Shown here in pieces: positions 47,425-62,335 of a stretch of DNA of 64,000 nucleotides. Under the pieces are notes generated by a model. That model was not told the DNA's origin and searched no databases. It worked only from the letters and a program-made list of their open reading frames with translations. Every line of letters starts with the position of its first letter. The stretch's first letter is position 1. Both the position numbers and the translations under genes were made by a program. The stretch comes from Balanoglossus misakiensis (taxonomy: Eukaryota; Animalia; Hemichordata), in NCBI GenBank assembly GCA_040954595.2, contig CM082590.2:9388088-9452087 (forward strand), read 5' to 3'.

Positions 47425-48549
47425 ATGGGAAACCAACTGCAGAAGACAACTGGTGAATACACGTTAGTGGAAGATACGGCTGAAGATACGGTTGCCACGG
47501 CAACTCAGTCTGCAACAGGTAGCACCGAAATTCATTCGGAATATTGTCTGCCTGCTTTTCCAGTTGTTTTGACTAACCCTTTTACCCCTATTTCCCTCTT
47601 CAGAGGTCCAACCTTACCAAGGAAAACACTGGGTTTGGTCTGAACCATAGTGGTGTAAGACTTAGTCCTACAGATTGGTGATGTTTCATATAATTTGGTG
47701 GTATATGTTTCAGGCACCTCGGATTGGTCTCTGCAGGTACTGGACGGCCAGGGCTGCTCAGCGGAGGAGGATCAGAAATTTGTGCAAGTGATCGGTGTCG
47801 TTTGGAACGGTGACCAACTTGTCGTCTGCGACAGGGGACAACACGCAGTCTTCAGTTTCAAAAACGAGAGAAACAACGTCACGAAAATCTCCTCTTTGCG
47901 GTTTACCCAGTTCGCTAATAACTTCCGGCCGTGGGATGTGGCTGTGCTGTTCGACTGTTACTTCATCGTCGATGATGGCAACTTGCAGATTATCGTCTGC
48001 AACCAGAACTCTGAGTTAATCGGACTATTCTCCTTAACCGAGGATATGAATCCTTCTGGCATAGCGGTGACCGGGAAATACTTTGTCGTCACTGACTTGA
48101 AGGGGAACCGGATTCTCAAGTATACGACGTACGGGAAACTTCTCGCGGAGATTGGTGGGAACGGGTTCGGCGACACGGAGTTCAGAATGCCAGTCGCGGT
48201 GGTTGTCAACAGCAAGGGTCTGATAATCGTGTCAGACAACTGCAATTCGTGCATCAAGTTCTTCGACTCGGACTTGAACTTTAAGTTTCTGTACAAAGGT
48301 CGGGGGAAAGACGCGCTGTCTTATCCAAGCGGGATCGATTTGGATAGCGACGATAATGTCTATGTATGCGATAGCGCTAACGGGAGAATCGTTAAACTGA
48401 CGGCAGACGGCAAATTTGACAGTTGTCTCTTCGAAGGGGAACTGAATTGGCCCTATTGCGTGGCCGTCAGGGACGCGGATGATGACGGTGTATGCACAAT
48501 CGCTGTGACAGAGCGAAGCACAAATCAAATCAAACTCTTCTCGAAATGA
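47425..48549 (+). CDS. Stand-alone NHL-repeat (six-bladed beta-propeller) protein, 2 coding exons
   Basis: Exon 1 MGNQLQKT...QSAT G|gtagc; exon 2 from ~47714 carries NHL motifs FRPWDVAV, NPSGIAV, FRMPVAVVVNSKGLIIVSDNCN, LSYPSGIDLDSDDNVYVCDSANGRI and LNWPYCVAV. Confidence 0.85.
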
Positions 48550-49379
48550 AAGTGACGTCACAGCGCGGAAACTGGAACAAAGATGACATTTCCGAACACA
48601 CTGTACTAGTATACTAGTATCCAAACCTATTGTTTCTGGTGTAACCTTGGTAACAAGTTGCTTAAATGGCTCACGAGCTGAATCATGATTCCATATGTAG
48701 TCCGGCCAAACTGTATGTGAAGAAAACATACCATGGCCAGCTTGAATAAATAAATTGTCTTTGAAGAAGTTTTGATGAAGGTTAACCCAACAATATTTCT
48801 TTTTGAAAAAAGACATTTGATATTCATTTGTTTTCGTAGTATATCCCCTTTCGATGGCAATTATCCCAAGGATTATATTAAACCCTTTCTTCACCACGAT
48901 CCTGCCAAAATCCATCGTTTCCTAGGGAACGGTTCTCTTATCACCTAGCAACCATTGGAATCGTGATATTTTTTGTATAAAACTGGATTTGTCTTCAAAT
49001 CTACACGTGACATTAATAACCCAGAAACGCCAGTCCGTTTTCTTGTATTCAATGTACTTTTAACAAAACTATTTTACTGTATCAATGTTAATTTTGCTAA
49101 TATTTTATTGTATCATACAATCTGTATTTCTCTACACTATTATGTTTACAGGTAACATTAATGACCAGCAAATTTCTTTCTGCGTACCATGTTTAAAAAT
49201 TTAGATTTGTAATCAGCTGATTTGAATTTTCTGACATTTTCATGTTTTATTTTTAAATATTAACATTTTATAAGATAATTCTTCCGTGCAATTATACATT
49301 TATTATAAATAATATCACCGACCTATTAGGAGATATCTCGAAATGCACACGATGGTGTATCCTTTTTGTGTGTTTAAAG

Positions 49380-50360
49380 ATTCGATATTCTAATTACCTA
49401 CCCCTACTGGATGGAAAAGTAATGGTTTCATTCTATTGGTTGATCACGATATTAGCATTTGAGCTCCGCCCAATGATTGACGTCACATATCAAGAGCTTC
49501 GATATGCAAAATACCTACTGTTACTCGATGGAAAATACTGTAAAACACACGAGCAATTAATTTTCGCCAAATACGCGAGAGCCAAACAGCGTGAAAATAA
49601 AAAGTCGCGTAAATTGTTTTTGAAGATAACGATGCAGTGAATGAAATAAGAGAACGCGAAAAGTAATACTCGCGAAACAAATCAAACACTTTGATATGCT
49701 AAATACCTACTCTTACTCGATGGAATAGTAATGGCTGCGTTCTATTGGTTGGTCGCTATATTAGCATTTGAGCTCCGCCCAATGATTGACGTCACATATC
49801 AAGAGCTTCGATATGCAAAATACCTACTGTTACTCGATTGAAAATACGGAGTACAGTGTATTGCCGTGTTGATCTTCGGTACAATATGAATTAAAGTTAT
49901 GTAGCACTCTTTGATCAACAGTTGAAACTCGTGAAAAGTGCATCTGAAGAAGGGGACTACATGTTCCCGAAAGCTCATTCTGTAATTTCAACTGTTGATC
50001 AAAGAGTGCTACATAACTTTAATAGAACTTTATATACGTTGGGTTGACATTTAGAATGGCGAAATTATACGATTAAATAAATATTTTTGGGGCGTTCATT
50101 ATCAAGGGTGACTGTCTGGAATAAGACAACATATCAAAAGCTTCGATATGCTATGTTAGCATTGGAGTTCCCCCACTCACATCACAAATCAAACACTTTG
50201 ATATGCTAAATACCTACTCTTACTCGATGGAATAGTAATGGCATCGTTCTATTGGTTGGTCGCTATATTAGCATTTTAGCTCCGCCCAATGATCGACGTC
50301 ACATATCAAGAGCTTCGATATGCTAAATACCTACGGCTATTAGATGGAAAATAGTAATGG
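49380..50360. repeat. Interrupted tandem repeat (3 good copies plus 1 degenerate) carrying CCAAT, GC-box and CRE motifs
   Basis: CTATTGGTTG.TC.C.ATATTAGCATTT.AGCTCCGCCCAATGAT.GACGTCACATATCAAGAGCTTCGATATGC.AAATACCTAC at about 49433, 49742 and 50248. Confidence 0.85.
49944..49976 (+). ncRNA. Putative minimal (Penelope-type) hammerhead ribozyme core
   Basis: CTGAAGA-A-GGGGAC-tacat-GTTCCC-GAAA-GC-TC has both catalytic boxes and a 6-bp stem II; stem I pairing is weak. Confidence 0.45.
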
Positions 50361-50874
50361 GCACACGAATCAGACTGAATTTTAGGAAACGTCACAATTT
50401 GTGACTCATAAAAAGGGAAGATTTAACTTTTCAAAAATGTGCGCGGTTCATGGTTAACTCCAAAACCAAAGTGGTTTCTATCTCTCAGCTCTTTCTGCAT
50501 AGAGACTGACAGAAATTAAATATCAAAGAAATTTGACACCCCCACCTCGCGAGCTTTCCTTGTATGCATAGGCTGACAGTGTAGCGTTTAACTCGTATTA
50601 ACTCGTTCACGCGAGAGCTTGCTATACAATAATGGGTCGTTTCATAGTGCCTTGACCCCTATGACCTTGTCGTGTGTAGCATCGAGCGATACAATTGGAA
50701 CAGAGCGATAAAACACGAAATCAGGAAGTGTTACATACACGAAGACAGTCCCGTGTTAGGAAACACGGAAGTTAGTCTGTTCATAATCTATGGCAAGTTA
50801 CAAGTAGACATCTGTGCGTAAAAACTGAGTTAGCTTTCTTTGCAGGAATTCATTAAGTTGACCTGGAAACTGGT

Positions 50875-53800
50875 ATGTCTTTGGGAGAGGGACCAGGTAA
50901 GACGCGACTTATGAGTTCTGATTTATTTTTAGTTCGTCCGTGGTCTCTAAACGGCCCCTGAATCGCTGGGTTTGACCTGTTCCGTGTACTGTAGAACTAT
51001 AGCTGTGAACGTACAGGCAACACGCATATATATAGGCTTTTCTTCACACTGAAAACTTTAATTGGGTCAGTCGCAGTATTTAACACAATTATATATACAA
51101 GTCAATTGCAGGTGTCTGTCTGTCTGTCCGTCTGTCTGTCTGTCTGTCTGTCTGTATGTATGTATGTATGTATGTATGTATGTATGTATGTATGTATGTA
51201 TGTATGTATGTATGTATGTATGTATGTATGTATGTATGTATGTATGTATGTATGTATGTATGTATGTATGTATGTATGTATGTATGTATGCATGTATGTA
51301 TGTAAACATATTGCTTCATGGTTTCGAAGCGAAACAGAAATATCGTCACCGGTTTGTATAGAAATCTGGGAACATATTTAACTGGGGTTAACGATGCGAA
51401 ACAGTTTTACGGCCAAAAAGGAAATATAAAATGTGGAATTTTGTGGCGACATAAACAAGCTAGGGCGTTGTTTAGTAACACCATAAAAGTAAAAATAAAA
51501 CGGACTTTACTCTGAGTCAGTAGTAAACTGGAATTTCACGTTTCGAAACGCTTGCATAATGTTTGTTGATACGCCGTGTTATTTTTTCGGATGAGCTCAG
51601 AAGAATTTGATATTACATTTCAGATTACATTATGTGTAGGTTGTTCATAATACGTGTAGGCCTCATATCTTTTTCCGGACCGGCGCGTGACTGAAAGTAC
51701 CCGTTCCGGACTTTTGTGATGTCAAGCGAGTAATTACTCTAAAATTTAAAAAGAAATAGCTTGATGTAGTGTATTTATATCCGTTTTGACAGGTGATTCC
51801 GCTCTGCAAGGTGACTTTACAGTCCAAGATGGCGATGGAAAGGAAAGAGGGATGGTGGATGACGCGCTAGATGCGATGTACAGAAATAATAAGAAGGGGT
51901 TTTTCGAGTCTCTGTTGAGACTGGCAGACAAGCACGGGGACATGGTTGCTAAGCGACTTGACGACGAGTACGCGGTGTTTGCGCTGCAGTTGAAGAGTGG
52001 AGAGTCGCTGAGGGGCGGGGATTGTCAAAAGGGGAGGGGGTTTGCTGCTGTCGGGAAGGAAATCGATTTCCGTCTCAAGGTAGAGGGGACTGGAATGAAC
52101 GTGGATGTCCTGAGCGGAGCTGGCGAGAAGACGCGCACTAGTTTGGACGTTGGTAAGTGTTTGCGCGTTAACGCGTCGACTTTGCGCGCGGTTATAAAGG
52201 CGTCGATTTTGCACGGTTATAAACGCGTCGACTTGAAACAGTGAATAATGATACTTGTCAGTTAGAACCGTAGGTATAAAGTCCAGTGTAACCAAAGACG
52301 TGAATCATTTCATGTTAATATGGTATTGGGTTTTCTGTTTGATATCAAATATCCATCAGCTCATCTTTCAAATGCTTGCAATATTTGTGTGAATGTGCGC
52401 GCATGTCAGATGTCTGAATCAAAAGGTTTCGATTTCTATTGAATTGCGAAGAAGGCACATTTTCTTCCGACATTCAACATGTTTCTTGTGCAAGCTTTTA
52501 TGTTGGAACACATTTTCCATTGTGCTTGATCTTCCAAAAACCATCCACTTGCAATTTTCATTTCCTCCTCTCGTTTGCATGTGTTTCGTTTGTTTTTATT
52601 TTATGCATGTATGTTTCCATTGGTCTTTCATTTTCTTTTGATGATCACTGTAATATCAGGAAAGTCGACATTTTGGGACGGACTTCAAATAAGTCAAGAA
52701 AGTAGCACTGTCGAGTCAATATCCGTGGAAGAAGATCGTTTTGGTCAGTTCAGACTTATTTTATTCAACAATGATGTATTGTTGAGAAAGTACAACTCAA
52801 ACATACGGTCGTAACTGTTATTCATGATACAGTGGTTTGTTCAAGATCGTAGCAGAACTAAATGATGTAGAATCATGGTCTCACTATAATTATTATACCA
52901 ATATACTAATCATAGTACTTTAACATTTCCTTTTTTCTCGTGCAGCCAGAGTGGCCCCACCATTACCAGCTCCAAAAATTATTGACAGCCCCAAGAAAAA
53001 AAGACCAGATAAAAAACTGACAAAAGACGATATTGGACTTCCGAGCGGTTTCAGGTGAAATGAAACTTTCTGTTCCTTTCTGGGTCTTTAGCTTTCGAAC
53101 ATGTCAACATTAATTCAATCTTTTTTATATCAGGGTGGATTTAAAATGATTTTGTATTATGTGTGTGTTCTTTCAGGCATGTCTGTCAGTATGGGTTCAA
53201 TGTCGCTGACGCACAAGAGGTAGGTGTTACGCATGTGCGAGAGTGGAGCTACTTTTGACTCCGGGATTTTACTATAAATTTTACCCAAATACGATGACCA
53301 ACGTGAACCTTCGTGTGAAATTTTGACAATAAACCAACTCTTCTTTACTCGCCCACAATACTTCAACAATTTTTCTGGAAACTATTATGACATAATAAAG
53401 AGTATGTTACTCTCCTCACAGACAAATATTCCACCGACGGAATTCCCCCCACCACCTGACTTTGGAGTCATCACTAGTCCAAAAGAGAAAGACTTCAAGC
53501 GCAAACCGTTGACCAGAGATGATATAGGCGCACCGAGTAATTTCAGGTACTGCAACTTGATTTTGTTTATATGTACAGACAACACGTTACATTGAATATA
53601 CATGTACTTGGCAGTGACTTAGGATGCTTTAATAAATCGCGAGACAGTGGTGTCGTTTTCAAATCCTTGCTTCATCTTGAATGACTTTTCATAAGTGTTT
53701 CTTTGTTCAACTTTCAGACATGTTGGTCATATTGGAGTCGATGTAAGTAGCTATTGTCACTTTCGTCAACAGAGAGAGGGGGAGGGGAGAGAGAGAGAGA

Positions 53801-56303
53801 GAGAGAGAGAGAAAGAAGGGGAGAGAGAGAGAAGGAGAGAGAGAGAGACAAACAACACACGGATGAATTTATGATTTTTTTTATATTTTTCTCAAACAGG
53901 CAGACACACTGTTGCCTGAAACGAGCGAAATGGCAGGACCTGGTACAGAGGATGCTGATTCTTCACTCTCAGATATCTTAACCTGGGTAGGTGATCAAGG
54001 TAAGAAGTAGAAAAGAAAATACTCCCAGAGATCGCTATCTGCATCTTTAAATAAAATTTCAACTTTCAAGTGTAAATGTGGCTAAGGTGCTTAAATATTA
54101 ACTGCTTTTCTAGAGAGTCAAGAACCATCTGGCGCGACGAACGATGACAGTAACGAGCAATTTGACGAGAGGCTGCCGTCAGGAAAAGAATATATTAGCC
54201 CACCAAGTAATTTCAGGTACGTACCGTTAATTTTGCGACATGTAGACGCTCTTTGTGTGAACAGACAATCATACTGTACCCCATTCTCGTTATACTGCTC
54301 GACTGCCTTGACAAACTAAAGTAACACTTTTATTTGGAGCTTCGCAAAGAGGAGAAAAGAAGGCAAATCACCGCCAGAACTACCCTCCCCCACACCACCG
54401 CCTCTCCTCCCCACCGAAGACATGAAAGAAAAGTAAGCACGTAATTGTGTTCCCAGCTTATTAATCTTGTGGAAGTTTAATTTAATCGCACCTTCATTCT
54501 CTTGCTTGCAGACACCTTGCACATTTAGAGCGTGAAGTAAGTACAATTTTTAGCCATTTCTCTGAAAATTAACTACATGTATATTTGTCATGGTAACGCA
54601 ATCCTTGGCAGACCCTACGGCCGTGTTTATCGAACTGCGATTTGAAAATTGTAACTAGAATTTAGCGTCTTCTATACTGTATTTTGTAGACAGCGAAAAA
54701 GTTTACTGAATGCACGACAATTGTTCCACCTGCAAGTGAAATGCACGTGGAGGCACACCGAAAAGATGACGTCAGGAAGGGTGATATTGGATACCCGGAT
54801 GAATTTAGGTAAACATCTCAAACATTCTTAAAATATCGTATTGAGATAATCCTGTCTATACGCTTTTGATGTTCCCCTAGCAAGGTGTTGAGTCGTATTT
54901 ATGAAGACATCAAAAGTTTTGCCTGCATATGCCGTCATAGGTTCTTTATGTGTGACTAGGACAAATCCTATAGCTACAGCCACTTTGCTAAATTAATAAG
55001 CCTGAGTGAACATACGAAACAAACCGTTTACGAAAAAACAAGTGATGGTCTTCGTTATCTTGGTTTGCCTTGCAGACACCTTGGCAGTATTGGATATGAT
55101 GTAAGTATGCCTTTATAAAGTTATTCCCATGTTATAGAAAGGGCAACACATAGACAAGCTGGCCACTCGCTTAAGCAAGGAGTTGCACCAAGGAGTTCAT
55201 TCGTAGTGGCGGGCTGACCATCTTCTCAGTCGACTTGTCGACCTAAGCCCATCTACCTACCCATCTACATACCAATGCCTGCATCACCTGTTTTGATTGA
55301 TTGATTGGGATGATATTTTTGGCATCTTTTTCAGACTCTTAAAGAGATAAGCGACAACGTTTCAATTTCGAAATCGGAGGTCAAAGGCAAGGACAAACTT
55401 TTATCAAATTTTCTGTCACCGATAGAATTGCCAGTACATTAAAACTCATCGATTTGAAGACATTTTCAACAAGTTACAATCACTAGTCACTTTTCCTTCA
55501 TTGCATTTGCTCACAAGCGAGTCTCTGTACATACAGATCATGTCAACAGCACTTTGCATGACCAGTGAATCATGTACATGTGATCTATACCTTTACCATC
55601 TCAATTGATTTTATTTCACGATCAGGCCAAGAAAAGGACATTGTGCATGTAAATCATGATTGACAGATGGTGAATTGGAAAGATTTCATTCTATGGCAGA
55701 CATTTGCATTATGTTATGGCTGAACTGTCTCCATGCATGTATCGTTTCAGCATCAACGCCTGCACCACCACCTCTGCCAATAACGGTACCTCCTCCTCCT
55801 CCTCCTCCTCCACCACCAAAGCGCCCTCCTGTCCAAACTCTCACAGATCCTGCACCATCTACAATGTTTTCCGGCATCCGCATGAAGAGGGCGCAGTGTA
55901 AAACAGAGCAGTATGGAAATACACACAGGCAGAGTTATGTCATGTGTACGTAGTCTAATAACCTTCCACGGGTATTTTTTGTTTTCCCATCAACAAGTTT
56001 CAGGTCAGTTTTCAGGTGTTCGACGGTGAACAGCAGAAATCAGTTTGTGTCTTATTGTGTCCAAAACAAAAATTAAAGTTTTTATGTGATACTCTTCAAT
56101 TGTATGGTCAGGAGGATGTGAATGTGTATACAAGTATATTAGTTTAAATTCGTATTTTAGTTTCTCACAACATATTTAAATTTGTTGTATTTTCAGCTTT
56201 TCATGATGCTGAATCTGGTGGATCGGGTTCTGAAGATGATACAGACGAGGAAGATGATGGCGATGGAGGCAATGTGGATTTCAATGCTGTATTTGACAAC
56301 ATG

Positions 56304-56306
<3 letters not shown>
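50875..56306 (+). CDS. WASP-like protein with four tandem CRIB modules, a polyproline tract and an acidic tail, about 15 exons
   Basis: MSLGEGP G|gt then a novel N-terminal exon (~51794-52152). CRIB modules: KKLTKDDIGLPSGFR|HVCQYG, KPLTRDDIGAPSNFR|HVGHIG, EYISPPSNFR|HLAHL and RKGDIGYPDEFR|HLGSIG. PPPLPITVPPPPPPPPPPKRPP follows at ~55760-55830, then the last exon FHDAESGGSGSEDDTDEEDDGDGGNVDFNAVFDNM*. Confidence 0.75.
51112..51303. repeat. (TCTG)n(TATG)n compound microsatellite
   Basis: Directly visible. Confidence 0.95.
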
Positions 56307-56359
<53 letters not shown>

Positions 56360-56418
56360 TGGAGGGGAGAGAGAGAGAGAGATGGAGGGGAGAGAGAGAG
56401 AGAGAGAGAGAGAGAGAT
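56305..56418. repeat. (TG)n(GA)n microsatellite directly after the WASP-like stop codon
   Basis: Directly visible. Confidence 0.9.
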
Positions 56419-57760
56419 ACTTACTCAGAGCATTGCAATATAACCTGTGTTGGCACATTCATTGGGGAAAATATTGAGGCCATGTGATACGTCGGATACT
56501 GCAAACAGTAATATTACTTTCCAATGAAATACATGGTGGTAATTATTTACATTGTATAAACGAAGGATTATAAACATAGAGCTGACGGATATAACTTTGG
56601 AATTCTCTTGAGGATTATCAAGTTTTAGTCATGTAGCTGTCGCAAAAACTTACTTCATGGAAGTTTCATTTTGTGTTTGAGTATAAGCTTGGGCATTGTG
56701 TGGGTAGTGTTATGGATTTCATTTGACTCTTTATACTGGTGCGGCATCTTTATTCGGACAACAAAATGTTGGTATTTACTACATAGAGAGATATATTTGT
56801 GTCACCTGTTGTATCTCATGTTTTTAAATTATAGAAATTTGGTTCTCATGCAGGCTGATTCCCATTTAGTTTTTGACATACGAAGGCTGTACATTTGCAT
56901 ATCAGTGACATCACTGGCCAATAATGTGAATCGAATTTTGTGTTGTATCTATTCATCATCATTCAAGTAAACAAAACTTTTCAATTTCATTGGTGGTAAA
57001 AATTCTTTCATAAAATACAATCAAACACCCAGTGATTTCAATTGCTACACACATCCATTCTGAGTAGCTGTTTATTGTCAATCATCAATACAAACAACAG
57101 TAAATGAACTATTTCCATAGAAACAACATCAGTTTCCAATCACAAATGATATGAAAATAAATTAAGTGCAAAACAACAAAAAACTAAATACAACTTTGTA
57201 TCTGTTATTAAACATTTACATATATGTATTTTACATATACAATGTCTAATTTTTCTACGAGCTAAGAAGTTATGAGAACTGTATATACATTGCACTTTTC
57301 AACAACTCTCCACTGTTAATTATCAATGGAGGAACTTAACCTCTTGTGTGAAGTCCGCGTGAAGTGTACACATATTGCATTGTCAATGACTGTCAACTAT
57401 ATGCTTTTTGAAATAGGAGTAACAAGTTAAAGATTGTCACAGAAACATACTTTGCAGAAAAAGCTCACAAATTTTACTTTCTCAGAACATGTTTGGTGAC
57501 ATTGTGGTCTGAAAAATTGAGTTGTATTTTTAACCAGAGAGACAACACTTGCAAGAAAATCATTTTTACAGTACAATAGAATACAAAGCAATACAAAACA
57601 AGTGAAATACAGGTGAATATATTATGATACTACCATATATATATATATATGTATATACTGTATAATACGACATCTGAAAAGTGGATTGTGTTGTAGTTTT
57701 TAAGAGGTATTTTAAGTACAGTATGGTGTTACATCTACACCTAGTCTGTCGTCTTTACAA

Positions 57761-61143
<3,383 letters not shown>

Positions 61144-62149
61144 CTTTCTTGCGGTACGATCAAGAACCTCCCACTGAATTTCAGTTTTGTCAACAGGAAG
61201 CGAAGAAGCGGAACTGTGTTGATAACCTCTCAACTTTGACCTCGTCACCTCCACTCAGTCTCCCGGATGTAGAGAGCAGTCATCTGTTGTCGACTGGAGT
61301 CGCGTATCGCCGTGGAAAATTTGCAGGTTTCTATAAATCTGGGCTGTTTTTATTACCACCCTTTTGTGGACGAGAAGGGAGAACCTTGATATTTCACGTC
61401 GTGGCTCCAGAATCACAATATTTAACTGAGAAGTTGGAGAAATTGAGGCGGTTTTGCCGCGAGCCGTTCAAGGTAAGTTGACTACACAGTACACTGCACT
61501 GTACACAGGCTAGCGTACGGTCATCCCAAGTTTTTCCCTTCAGTCGGTCGCTTGACTCTAGAAGCGTTTATCGATTATTTAGAGCAAAGCCACATTTATA
61601 TAACGTTTATTTGTGAGTCCAGTATATACATGGACCATCTCCACCCGTCTGTGTCTTTCAAAATTTTCTGTGTGTCAAGAATTCATCTTCTGAAAATTTG
61701 TTGGAGGGCTCGGGTTTTGATCGTCTGCGCGCAGCACCAAAGCTTGGGTCTTTTTGTTTATCGTGAGGTCACGACAGATTATACAAAATCGGTGGGGTTG
61801 TGATTAAAGCGATCTTTATGTAACGTGAGCCTTTGATCGTGTCGCGTGATCTACCGCACGTAAGTTTTTTAACTAATATTTCTCGAAATGGAGAGTGATT
61901 ATTTGTTTAGAAATGAACACTTTCCCAAACTTGTGTGACATTACATTGACAACACTCAAGCAATCGACACTGTCAACGGCCGTTATGTTGACACTCATCG
62001 GCAGCTGTTCCCATTGAAACCCAAGCGGACACACATCGCTATCAGCCTCGATTCTTGTCGTTCATTGTGTTTGTTTGTCTGTTTGTTTGTTTGTTTATTT
62101 ATTTATTTATTTATCCATTCATTCATTTAATATTATATGTTTGTTAAAT

Positions 62150-62335
62150 TGTTTATTTCGTTTGTTTGTTTTCTTGTCAACACAGGTAGATCAGTTAAAC
62201 GACACTACCTGTGTTGACAAGAAAACAAACAAATAAACAAACAAATATATACTATACCAAAACAGTGTTTTGGTACAGTGTTTTGGTATAGTATATATTT
62301 GTTTATTTATTTCATTTGTTTGTTTTTCTTGTCGA
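62150..62335. repeat. Adjacent inverted repeats (double hairpin)
   Basis: TTTGTTTGTTTTCTTGTCAACACAGGTAG/CTACCTGTGTTGACAAGAAAACAAACAAA and ACAAATATATACTATACCAAAACA/TGTTTTGGTATAGTATATATTTGT. Confidence 0.8.

Noticed and set aside
48232-48915. 227-aa minus-strand ORF
   Set aside because: It is an antisense shadow of the NHL exon and its 3'UTR, with no domain signal.
51062-51381. YVCM/HTYI repeat ORFs
   Set aside because: These are translations of the (TATG)n microsatellite.
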